DNA of 64,000 bases. Origin: Octopus vulgaris (lineage: Eukaryota). Positions 52,385-64,000 of the stretch are shown here, piece by piece; within the stretch, counting starts at the first letter, position 1; every line of letters starts with the position of its first letter. The stretch lies in NCBI GenBank assembly GCA_951406725.2, contig OX597816.1, positions 179,490,001 to 179,554,000 on the forward strand, written 5' to 3'. The position numbers and the translations under genes were made by a program. The notes under the pieces are model-generated. The model saw nothing but the letters and a program-made list of their open reading frames with translations, was not told the DNA's origin and did no database searches.

Positions 52385-53420
52385 ATGCTACCACAAACAT
52401 TGACCCAAGCTTCCATCCCATCATGAAATGATTTGATTATTGTTACAAACTGATACGGGGCATCCAAGTTTGCCAAATATTTTCCATAGGGAGGCCCTAT
52501 TCACAGTATCAAAGACCTTGGTTAAATCAACGAATACCTGGACAAGATCCATATTCTGCTCATATCACTTCTTCTGCATCTGTCTCAGTGTGAAAATCAT
52601 ATCCATCGTTCCTCTTCCAGGTTGGAAACCACATTGAGATTCAGATAGGACATCATTTACAAGATACCTATTCAGGCAAGTAAGAAGAATACTTGCCACA
52701 ACCTTGCCAGCAGCTGATAGTAGCGCAATACCTCTGTAGTTGCCACACTCTACTCTGGCTCTGTTTCCTTTATAAAGAGGAAAAATAATTGCATCCTTCC
52801 AATTCTTAGGCATTGCACTATCCCCCAGATTACACTAATAAGTTCATGAAGGGATTGTGTGATGTGATCACCACCAAATCACAGGACCTTTACTCATGTG
52901 AGTCATGGACCCTTTACAAACGTCACGTAAAGGTCCTTGAATGCTTCCATCAAAGATGTCTGAGACACATTCTGAATGTTGGCTGGACCTTAAAAACTCC
53001 AGAATGAATGATAACAGAATCCCTCAACAGATACTATATGGGGAACTTGTTGGTGGAAAGCAACACCGGCAGAAACCAAGACTGTGACTTAAGGGCTGTG
53101 TAAAGTCCTCATTAAAGGCCTGTAAAATGTGGGAGGCTAACTGGGAGAGCATCGCCATGAATGGAGGGAATAGGTAAAGGGGGAAGTCGATACTTTTGAA
53201 AGAGCATGTATTCTTCATGAAGAATTTAAGTGTGCTGCTCGAAAATGCACTGCTAATGTAATGAATGGGAAAAGCTTAGTCTGCAATCATATATGTTTGT
53301 CAAGAGCAGGACTCACTAGTCACCAACGGAGCTGCAAGTATAAAGTATAAGGTAGCCTTGAGTGCACTATGTTCCTAAAGGTCAGTAATGGTTTTTCTCA
53401 GTCACAAGTGGACAGCCATT
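52385..53420. mobile_element. RTE LINE insertion with an inverted 5' part, nested inside a SINE
   Basis: Minus-strand RT segment (NYRGIALLSAAGK, ESQCGF.PGRGT.DMIF) abuts a plus-strand C-terminal segment (LYSCESWTLY...FHQRCLRHIL); SINE halves at 52198-52380 and 53440-53650. Confidence 0.85.
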
Positions 53421-53904
53421 AAGTATGTATGAATGAATGCATGTGAGTGTATTTGTGTCTTTGTGTTTGTTCCCAAACACTGACAACCAGTGTTAGTTTG
53501 TTTATATCCCCATAGCTTAGCTGTTCAGTAGAAAGATACTGATAGAATACATACCAAGCTTAAAAATAAGTCCTGGAGGCGATTTGTTAAACTAAATCCT
53601 TCAAGTCAGTGGCCCTGTATGGTCATAGTCCAAAGAATGAAATAAGCGAAAGACAGAAATATAAAGACCATTCGATGTGGTTTAGATTTGATAACAAGAG
53701 TTAAGGTGAAAAATGCAATTGTGTTGGAAAACAGAAATACCAAATATAATTTAGAACACTCACTGGAAAATTTGGCTTTGGAGAGTCTGAGTCAAAGGAT
53801 ATGAAGCTAATAATCACCAGAAATGTCTGTTCCAGAGAACAGGAAACATCAGAGCAATGACAAGTTGGAATTTTTTTATTGAGGAGTGGTGACTTGTTGT
53901 TGTT

Positions 53905-54402
53905 GTTGTGACCCTCTTTGGTCATGAATGACCATGGGATTGCACCTAGAAAGTTACCCTCCGAGGCACAAGTCTAGGTAAGGTTGTTTATGGAAGACCA
54001 GCAGTCGCCCATGCATACCGGCCTCTCCTCTCCATGCCACTGATGATATACAAGGGAAAGGAAAAGGAGCCGATACAGCTTGGTACCAGTGACATCGCAG
54101 CTCCTTTATTAATGTGCAAGTGGCTGGCACTCCACAGACACGTGTACCCTTAACGTAGTTCTCGAGGAGATTCAGTATGACACAGAGTGTGACAAGGCTG
54201 ACCCTTTGAAATACAGGTACAACAGAAACAGGAAGTAAGAGTGAGAGAAAGTCGTGGTGAAAGAGTACAGCAGGGTTCACCACCACCCCCTGCTGGAGCC
54301 TCGTGGAGCTTTAGGTGTTTCCACTCAATAAACACTCACAATGCCCAGTCTTGGAATCGAAACCACGATCCTATGACTGGGAGTCTGCTGCCCTAACCAC
54401 TG
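53905..54402 (-). mobile_element. tRNA-derived SINE family C; head also at 42647-42814 (+), tail fragment at about 40010-40085
   Basis: Head TGGCCCAGTGGTTAGGGCAGC...GGTTTCGATTCC in the 42647 copy; (CAA)n tail. Confidence 0.8.
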
Positions 54403-55129
54403 AAATTGTGATCTGATACATAGATATTACAATAGATGCCTTATGAATACAGTTGAGTATCTTGCAGACCAGAACAAAAACCAGGTAACTGTTAGTAATC
54501 ATTGTGAAATATCTTTATATATCTTTGCATCATTATAGAAGCGTAATCAGTCATAATGTGGATAGATTTAGCAAGATTCATCAGTAATTTCTGCATTTTG
54601 TTTTGCTTGAACAAGGTCAGAAATTTGGGTGTAAAGGAATAGTCAATTATATTATATACCCAAGAAATTGTCTGGTACTTTATTTTTATCAATCCTGAAA
54701 GCATAAAGGGCAAAGTTAACCTTGTAGCATTTGGAGTTTAAACTTAGAGTGATCCTAATAATTGTGCCAAACCAACTGCCTTCCACTTTAATGAGCAATA
54801 AAGACTATTTGATTACCTAGATTTTGAAATGAATAAGTTTGAAATGAATAAGTGAAAATGCAGAGGTTATAGAAGTTAGTTGTAACGAAGTGTGTGGAGA
54901 GACGACGAACGATAAATTCATCTAAAAAAAAAAGAAACACATTAGAGTTTTTGCATGTGTGTGTGTGAAACGAAGTAAAAATATAATATTAAAACAAAAT
55001 ATCTTTTTCCTACCCCTTAAAATCACTGGATATAATATATATAATAATCCCAGATTGTAGAATAGATTTGAAAAACTAAAGCATTTTCCCTTTGCGATTT
55101 TTGGCGCCGAAATGAATTTCATGTTTGTG

Positions 55130-55197
<68 letters not shown>

Positions 55198-55762
55198 AGG
55201 AGGGGAGATAGAGGGGGAGTGAGAGAGTGAGTGACGAAGTTTTCCTAAACTTTGAATGGTGTAACAAATAGCATAATTATGTATATCCTGATCATCATCA
55301 TTTAACGTCTGCTTTCCATGCTGGCATGGGTTGGATGGTTTGACTGAGGACTGGTAAGCCAGGAGGCTGCAATGAGGTTCCAGTCTGTTTTGGCAAGGTT
55401 TCTACAGCTGGATGCTCTTCCTAACACCAACCACTCCGAGAGTATACTGGGTGCTTTTCAAGTTCCACTGGTTCAGGGACCAGTCAGATGGTACTGGCAT
55501 CGATCACGCTCGAATGGTACTCTTTACGTGCCGCAGGCACTGGCATCGAATTTTGAAAACGTGTTTTATGCATATTCGGAATCTCCGTCATCGAAAACAT
55601 AGGATTCCGGTGAAAAAAAATCGGAAAGGTCAGTTTAGGGGGTTGGGGTGGGGGTTGACTGTCTCCAGTTCCATCTCTAAAATAATGGGTAACGAAAGAA
55701 ATAGCAAAAAAATTTGCACCCCACCTCGTTATCCGAACCCAAAACGGGTTTTGTAACATATT

Positions 55763-56211
55763 AGGTCACCGGAATTCATTCAAAAAAAAAAAAAAAAATT
55801 CAATGATTCCGAGATAGGGGGAAGGTCCGGTTTTCCACCCCCCCTTTTTTTCGAACAAAAATAAGGGGTTTGCAGCATATTCAGAGGTGAGTCTACTTGA
55901 TTCCACGCAAAAAATCCGAGTTTTTTCTCTTAGTGAAAATCGTGCGGGTGTAAAGATCAATGGGTGTAGGGGTGAAATTTCCGAGGCTTCCCTCTCACCC
56001 CACCCCGTTTTCCGGACCCAAAAAGGATTTTGTAGCATATTATGAGGTCACCGGAATTCATTCAACGAACAAAAAATTCAATGATTCCATGATGGGGAGG
56101 GGATCCGGTCCACCCCCTTTTTTCCGAACAAAAATAAGGGGTTTGCAGCATATTATGAGGTCAGGGTACTTGATTCCCCGCAAAAAATCCGAGTTTTTAT
56201 TTCTTAGTGAA
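55763..56211. repeat. Tandemly duplicated unit of about 170 bp (55763-55938 and 56046-56211) in a transposon-like repeat
   Basis: AGGTCACCGGAATTCATTCAA...CGAACAAAAATAAGGGGTTTGCAGCATATT...GCAAAAAATCCGAGTTTT occurs twice. Confidence 0.75.
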
Positions 56212-56255
56212 AGAATCAAATAATACCCGGGTATGACCTCACAGTCCACATTCCA

Positions 56256-56680
56256 CTACTGAACCCTTATGCCTCCCCTTAAGATGGCACATCCACTCTC
56301 AACATATATGTCACTTTCTTCCATCTTTTCTCGTATATACTTAGTGGCAAGTACCACCTCTCTTGCCTTATTTTTCTCTTGAGTTGGGAAACTAAGAAGC
56401 TTACCGACCCTGGAGATGAAGTCGCCTGTCACTTCTTTCATGCGAGACTTCCGTACAACCTCTTTTGCAATCGCAGCTACAGCGAGAAAACAGACCTTCC
56501 TTTCCCTTTTCAGAGAGGGTGGTGGAACAATCTTTATAATTGACTCGGAAGACAGCAACTGTTCAACATAAACACACAACTCCGATAGTTTCGGACATTG
56601 CACAATAGCGTGCAGAACAGTTTTACTGCTCTGCTCGCATTTTTGGGCAAGTGAGTTAGCATGAAGAGCCATGCTTGGTG
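56256..56680 (-). mobile_element. Tx1/L1-clade LINE C-terminal (zf-RVT) fragment
   Basis: C...KTVLHAIVQCP....L..YVE zinc-knuckle-like motif. Confidence 0.65.
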
Positions 56681-57900
56681 AGTTTATCTCGAACTGATAA
56701 GGCTCCTCGGTAACGTTGCTAAGCCAGAGACTTTTAGAAGTTATCCAAAAGCCCCGGCCCGAATGTCCTTCGGAACAAACCAGCAAGCTGACCTTCGTCG
56801 AAGCAAGCAAGGAATGTGTATTTACATTGATTGCGTCGTTTTATTTTAAACTGCTCGACGTTTGAGTTAGCAGTGGCAGCAACCTCCAACTATAAGTCGT
56901 GGTCGCTGCGACGTATTTCGGTTAAACACCACGGACGAGGGTAAAGTTGACAAGGTGTTCTATCGAACATCGGCTTGCCGGGACCTCTTCGTCCTTTACA
57001 AGTCGGTCTTCCCCATTGGGGCTAAGATAAGCTACGTATATAACAAGATCGTCCGGATACACAAGAGATACAGTGACAACAGCCAACCCTGTACACTGGC
57101 GAACTGCCCTATTCGCAATACTAACATGTGCCTACGTACCTAAGTAGTATACCAGATAGGTTGCTCCGAGTGCACAGCTATCACATCAGTAGCTTGTAAT
57201 AGTATTTGTAAGACAACTAGAAACAAATACAAAAAAGAAGTCAGTATTTCGTTTGTGAGCAATAGATGGAAGGCTGCTTCATTAGTTCATTGAAAAAGTT
57301 ATACCTAGTGTGTTTACATACGTTGTAAATAACCTAAGCAACTTAACAAATCGTTTATCACAGCAATAAATAAAGTCAAGGCTTATGCTCTCCATCCCCC
57401 ACTGTTTCAACAGTTCTGCATTGGGTTAATGTTGACATTATTATCCGGAAACGAAATCCAGAAAAAAAAAAGTGCAACGGTTGTAAAAAAAAAAAGGTGT
57501 AGAAACCGAATCTGAAAACAAAAATGTGCGGAGAGTAATAAGGGAGTGGGGAGAGGCCTTCGGAAAATTCACAAGATCCGATGTTTTTCCCTCATAACTT
57601 TTAGGAAAATAGGTTTCTTTCAATGAAATTCTATATAAATACCTTTCAAACGGTATAGATTACGATTATAAAGAAATCTGTGGGGAAAAATCTTTTTCGA
57701 TAGGTTGGGGAGAGGACTTCGGAAAACTCACAAGATTCACAAGATCAGAATTTTCCCCTCGTAACTTTGAGGAAAATATAAACCTTTTGAAATCACAAAT
57801 TAGGCTTTTCCTCAGGAACTTGGATGCTAAACATCCCTTTGAAGGCTTCGGGTCGTTACTTCTTCTACTACTACTACTACTACTACTACTACACACACAC

Positions 57901-58120
57901 ACCACTACGCCATATGCCTACGGGCATATGGCGTAGTGGTTAAGAGCGCGAGTTCGATTCCAGGCAGTGACTTTAATAAAAAATAACATCAAAAAATACC
58001 TTTGGAATGATAATTCAAGACACCTGATGAAGGCTGGAAGGTATATCAGCCGAAACGTTGTGTTAACAACAAACAAGATGAGGACAAATATTCGTCAAAT
58101 ATAAATAATATAAATAATGT
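57901..58120 (+). mobile_element. Putative tRNA-headed, hammerhead-containing SINE with an inverted 5' duplication
   Basis: A box TGGCGTAGTGG (57929), B box GAGTTCGATTCC (57950), HHR at 58019-58064, AT-rich tail, 18-bp 5' foldback. Confidence 0.6.
58019..58064 (+). ncRNA. Minimal type I hammerhead ribozyme motif (Penelope-like)
   Basis: GACAC-CTGATGA-A-GGCTG(gaaggtatat)CAGCC-GAAAC-GTT-GTGTT: intact core, stems I and II, palindromic AACGTT stem III. Confidence 0.8.
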
Positions 58121-58329
58121 AAGAATGTTATTATAGTAGATTATCTCGGCAACCATAGGAGCTATGAAAATATATGACATCACCTCTTCCTTCCTTATTC
58201 ATCTATCACCCCTTCTTTTCTTTTTTCTGGCATGGAATAAAAACCAACAATTGTCTGTTATGTTTCTGAAAAACTGTATGTTTATGAAAATTTTCTCGGC
58301 TTTTATATTCCCATCTCATCCCCGATTGC

Positions 58330-59560
58330 TCTTCTGGATGTCCTTTTGCCGCCTAAACATTTCGTTGGACTCAAAGTTATGCTGCATTTCCTTTGATAGT
58401 GCAAGTACCATGAGCAGGAACATTTCAGGTGTACAAAAGAGATTAAATGGCTTGTTTCCTGGTACATATTTTGTATACTGCAGAAACCTTCCTCGCGACC
58501 TTGCCCTCCAAGAAGCTAGCTCTGCAATTGCCATTGTTGTTGATGCACTGAACTTTGTTCACCAATGTGCCGTTCTTCTAAAAAAATCATAAAATGGAAA
58601 AGCGTCATGGGCAAGCCTTAGTGGTGAGAATGTCGCCATGCTGCAAACTGAGGGTCCAATTCGTTGGCGCATTAGAACAATAGCACTGATACGGGCTGAA
58701 AGCAACTATAAAAAGATTCAGGATTTCTTGCTGAAGCTTCTGAATGACGGAACAACAACAAAGGTCACTGTCACAGTGAAACAATTTGGCAAAGCTTCCA
58801 CTTTGTTCGGTAATAAGATTGCTGGGGAAGTATTTGGAGTGTGTGAATTAGTGGCACAAAGCTGACAGCATCCAGGCACAACAGCCGGTGACTGCTTGAA
58901 GCTGATGGAAAAATTGAAGAACTCTCTTTCAAAAATGAGAAACGAGGAAGTTTTCGAAAACTACTTCGTCGAAGTATCCTCTGCTGACCTATTGAAAATG
59001 CCCGACTCTTCTCGTTCTAAGAATATACCACTGCATTCAAACATGTAACAACCGCCGAAAAAGGTGTTCTGTCTTTCGGCATTATTGATGTCGTCAAAGG
59101 TGAACTGATCGCCGTTTTCAGCGAGAGGGAATGCACATGTGCATTTAACGAGAGGATTTTGCTGTTATCAGAAGTGAATTCTGGCACGTTTGAGTTCGCA
59201 AATGCATACCTGTCTCCTTCTTTTGCCATGCCTCTCTGTCATCATAATTGAAACACCTTGCCGGCCTGTGGATGGAAAAGGAAACTTTGCCTAAATCATT
59301 GGATGACGTTGTTAGAAAATGGAGAGTTTCTGATGCTGTTATTCATTCTAGCATGACACAAACGTTGATGCCAATGCAACTTATTCTGTCTTCATCTGTG
59401 GCTGCTGCATCAAAGAAGAGAATGTTCGGCGTACTTGGCCGTTTGAAGACCGTGTTCCGTAAAACAATGACGCATTGCACGGTAATGCATTGACATAAAA
59501 ACTTGTACAACGAAAGCGACCTTGAATATTCTCCTAGAAAACTTCATCCCGAAATCGAAC
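58330..59560 (+). mobile_element. hAT (ZMYM1/Tip100-like) transposase pseudogene
   Basis: SFDSASTMS..SGVQ.RL...YC.N...DLALQE and the C-terminal dimerisation-like AAS..RMF..L.RLKT..R.TMT; disrupted frames. Confidence 0.8.
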
Positions 59561-59654
59561 GTGCGTAAAATAATCTTTGGACTGATTTAAAACATTACTT
59601 TTCCATTATTAGATGTATTTGATTTGATTTGATTGATGTAAAGCTATAATAATG

Positions 59655-59704
<50 letters not shown>

Positions 59705-62689
59705 AATAGAATGACCACAAAGTGTTTACATCAAGGAAAACATTATGGACGGTACCTTCTTGGTAAAAGTTTTGGACCCGAGTTTGCACCCAGAAAGCAA
59801 ATTTCATTCCCGAGCCACTGTATAACTTATATTTTTGATGCCAGCAAAAGGCATTTTATAGGAAAGAGAAAGTGGAAATACAGTTGTATAATTTCTGAGA
59901 TGAATAATTTATATCAGTCTTGTAAACTGCATATCAACCTCGCAGTATACACAATAAAAATGGTAAATGGAGCAACATGGAGTGAAAAAGTTTCAGTCGA
60001 GAATCGAAACTTGCACTCAACCTCGATTCGCCGATACGTACAAATTTATCTCGAGCCCTAAAACGATTAATAGATTAAATTGTTTGACCTTTCACAATGA
60101 AAAGCATTTATCAATTGAAGGCTATATATTGACACAGGGGAATAAAGAATTGGGGAGTAGCTTGCATTCTTTGCTGTGGAATGGTTTCAGCTAATTAATC
60201 TAATGCTCATCTAAGAAAAACTTCCACTGAACAAATGCTTGTCTATTCAACTTTTCTAGCAGTATTGGTGCAGAACAGATTTCGCAGCATATAGAATAAA
60301 ATTCCAAAGAAACACATGCAGAGTATTTGAACTTCTGACCCATTACATGAAAGACTGGAAACCTAGTTGTAGAAGTGTAAAAAAATAAATCAAGCCGGGA
60401 GAATTGTTGTCGGTGTGAGTAGTTTCCCTTGAGTAATGAGGCACTACTTTGGCGCGGAGCCATCAATGCGAAGGCAGGTGCGCGACAGAAGCAGAATTCG
60501 CATATAATGGAGCAGTATCACACTACGTTTCAGTGGCTCAGCCATCGCTTAACACTTCGTTCTGGTTCGTACTCGTTCACCTTAATGTAACAAATGAATA
60601 AGCTTCTTGGCGTTTTCGTTTTTCTTTTCTGGTTGTAATAGTTTCTCCGTGTAATTTAAATGAAAGCCGCGATGACGTTCGCCCTGTCCTATTGCTACCA
60701 TTAATTTCCACGTACAAGGTTCGCGTCGTTCGCTGTTTTAAACACGGTAAGTTGCAATCACACATTTGATAATTCATTTCATTCATCGTCATTATAATAA
60801 TTTTCTACCCACCTTTTTAGTGTTTCACTTTAATTTCCCCCACTTTCCCCTTTTGTTTTCCGCGTGGATTCGTTCGAAGAGCCGAACGTGTGGAAAATGT
60901 ATTCTCCGAAGAGTCACTTATTGTTGTCGGGTCCTCTTTTCCCCCTGTTTATGCTTTTGAGGAAAGGCATGAACACCACGGATTTGTTAAGCTGAAACCT
61001 TGTGCTACTATAAGAAATCAGTGCTATAAAAAACCTGTTAGTTTATTAAGCTTCTTCCTTTTGTCAATAAGATTTTATTTAGAAAGGTATATTACATTCT
61101 GTTTTGGTTCTGTCTGCTGTTTATATATTTTAATTTGCTGTTCTATTCGGTTATTTCTCTTTCGAACCATTTCTCTTTGCTTGCAGATCATATATCCTTG
61201 GTAAAGGCATGAAAGCTACACATTTCAATTTCTTGCGTAAGAATTTCCGATTTTTTACCTGTGTAAGTAAAAGAAAAAAATTGCTCTGCCTTCAAGGGTT
61301 CACAATTTATTCGATATTTTGTGCTGCTCATTTATTGTTTATAGACGAGTTTAGGAAGTCAGCATTCTTGCCATTCATTAAGTTGCTGTGTTGTATTCGG
61401 AAAATTGCAAGTTCTTTTTGTTTCGCCTCTTTATTGTTATCTGCACACCGAATGTTTTATGTAGAAACTACATTTTAAAGTCTCTCGAAAATAAACTATG
61501 AATATTGGAAATAGTCTTTCTTTCACATGTCTCCCGGTATTTAGCTAAGTAGTGTTTATGTATGTGTATTCTACTGTTTTTTCTTGAAATTTCCTTGGTT
61601 CAAATTTAATTACAGAGATCAATTATATCTGTGACACAACAATAAATTATACTTTTTAATTGAGAATGTATGCAACCATTTGCATTCTTTGGTGACTCGT
61701 AGCCAATGTAAATATGAATATATTTACGCAGATTCTTGGTGTTAATAAATCTTCCCCTTTCTTTCTTTCCATATATTTCTGCTTTAATTATTATTTTAGA
61801 GTCTCAAATGTGGAATCTCCCTTTTAAAGACACTCGCTATTTGTCTTCATCTTTCTTCCTGTTTATTTTCCCATTAATATGTTTATGCTGTCATAACCCT
61901 TCCTCCAGTTTCCCGTCTAATTTCCTTGTTTTTATGTCTTCCATTGTCCGCCCTGGAACTAAAACTAAGTTCTTAATTTCGATACATCTATTGTATACTG
62001 TGTAGGGAATTAGACGGTGAATTGTTAGATTTTCAGTGTTAAAAGAAGACGGAAATAGAGAGATGACTTGGTGCTTATTTTCCTAATATATTCTGTTTTA
62101 ACTCGTCGACGCATACTATAGAATACAGTTCCCGGTAAGTTGAATTCTCGACCCGGTTTCGATTTTTTGTCGTAGCCATCTCGATTCATTTACATTCCTA
62201 ATATCTTACAGGAAGAAATGACCGTCGCACAGACTCCTGATGCAAACGAATTGTTTCATACGGTCGAATATTCCGTGTGTATTTACCCCTCCAAAACAGC
62301 TTAAAGATTCAATTTGTGGAAATTCTTTTTTGGAAAACTATTTCAAATCATTTATGACTTAACTCTCACCATACACCAAAGAATGAAATCAAATTCTTTT
62401 ATAAACATTTTCAAATTTATAACTTTATATTACAAAGATTTTATTTATTTTGTTTAGAAATTCATAGAATAGAAATATGCAAAATTTTATTCATTCTATC
62501 TTTATGGGATGTTAGACCAATTTACATTAATACACACCTGACATTGTCTTCTCATAGCTACACTTTGTATATTACATAGTTTATAATACTGACCTTTCAA
62601 CCCTATGTCATCAGCTGGCATTTAGTATCACTATAGAGCGCCGTACAATGGAATACCAGCACAATTTGAACACGAAAAAACAATGTTTT

Positions 62690-64000
62690 GCTTTATCATT
62701 TTCATGTCAAACTTTTTTCCATGGAAAATTATATATCATTTGAAAGCTTTAGATGAGAACTTTCTTTTCATATAGTTCTAATTAAAACCCGACTGCTACA
62801 TATCACGTCAGGGTCCTTTAAACACCCTGATATTTTCATGCATTTTCAAAGTTTGTCCCAGTTTATTTTTGTTTTTTCTTTCTTGTCTGTTGAACGGTAG
62901 CACTTGTTCTAGATCAATACACTCGAGCGCCATAATGTGTTAAAAATCATATATGCATGTAGAGGAATTCTTTAGCTTTATTTTGATATAAAACTTGATG
63001 AGGGTAGGTCAGATAATCGTTACGAAATAGAAAAGTGAAAATTTTATCGTTAATTTTCACTTCGAAAAAAAAAATAAACAAAACATTTCTTCAAGATAAG
63101 AAAAATTTATTGCTAACTCCTGGTCATCGCCGATTCTGGCCACGACTTGGCAAAAACAGTGCAAAATTCAAAAAGTGGGTGGTATACTGACACTTTTTGT
63201 ATGCGAACACATTGACTCTACTCGTCAAACTGATGTATTGGCGAGAGATCATACAGAAGACCACTTCAAGGCTTCAGATATCGATTTTGATCCAGAATTT
63301 CAAGAAATGGACAAATTGATTGGTAAGCAAACATGTTTCTACGAGAATTCATACTAGACTGACTTAAACAGGGTCGCCAGAAGCCAAAAACTAGCATGGA
63401 ATCATATTAATAATGTTTATTCTCTCATTCATACCGAGCGACGTACGAATTTTACCTCGCACATATTCTTGTACAAATGAATTTCGTGTTTCCTTGAGAA
63501 ATATTGGTCTGTTTTTGTCAATGAAAATTATGTGCAATGAATATTAATTTGTTGGCTATTAAAGTCCGATGTGATGTTTTTTCTTTTTTTTTAAATTTTT
63601 TTTTCTCTCGATTTTGAATACAGTCGCGTAATGTTTACATTTTCACAAGTGCTGATTTTCACTCTTATATTTCGTAACGATTGTCTGATCTATCACCATC
63701 GAGATTTATATCAAAATTCATCTAAAAAAATTCATTCATGCTTGTATGATTATCAGCACTACTGGAGTTATAACGCTCAAGCGCATTGAACTAGATCGAG
63801 GGCCACCGTTCAAGCAGTCGAAAGGGGTGGGTGGGAAAGAGGTATAGATTTTTAGAAATACCAGGTTGTTTGAGAGACACTGTCAACATAGGTGTCAGAT
63901 TTTGATTAAAACTATGCGAGAACAAAGTTCTCATCCAGAACTTTCAATGAAAACAGTTATTTTGTGATGAAAATGATGTACCAGAAAATGTTTCTGCATG
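62690..64000. mobile_element. Foldback-type element with diverged TIRs of about 350 bp or more
   Basis: 62690-63045 is the reverse complement of 63652-63990 (e.g. GATGAGAACTTT/AAAGTTCTCATC, AATCGTTACGAAATA/TATTTCGTAACGATT). Confidence 0.7.

Noticed and set aside
59711-62005. Cluster of short ORFs
   Set aside because: No coherent protein; possibly decayed LINE sequence, family not supportable.

Overview
AT-rich, repeat-dense eukaryotic DNA. The microsatellites, SINE families and RTE LINEs suggest an Octopus/cephalopod genome (inference, not verified). The main gene is a minus-strand ortholog of the motile-cilia dynein assembly factor CFAP300 (C11orf70). Six coding exons between 36217 and 3446 splice in frame with GT-AG sites (221 aa); the last exon was not found and probably lies left of the window. 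Head-to-head with it, 1.4 kb away, is an intronless 220-aa coiled-coil ORF (37646-38308) whose ATG directly follows a near-palindromic RFX X-box. The rest is transposon debris: tRNA-derived SINEs, RTE/CR1/Tx1 LINE fragments, a maT-type Tc1/mariner, two hAT remnants, non-autonomous Helitrons, TTAA piggyBac-type MITEs and a long-TIR foldback element. The most unusual signal is a set of six sequence-divergent minimal hammerhead-ribozyme (HHR) motifs of the Penelope-like type. Several sit in the loop of long foldback inverted repeats, and one is fused to a tRNA/Pol III head, suggesting a ribozyme-bearing SINE. Most short ORFs in the track are microsatellite or antisense artefacts. Repeat boundaries are approximate and no alignments or folding were computed.
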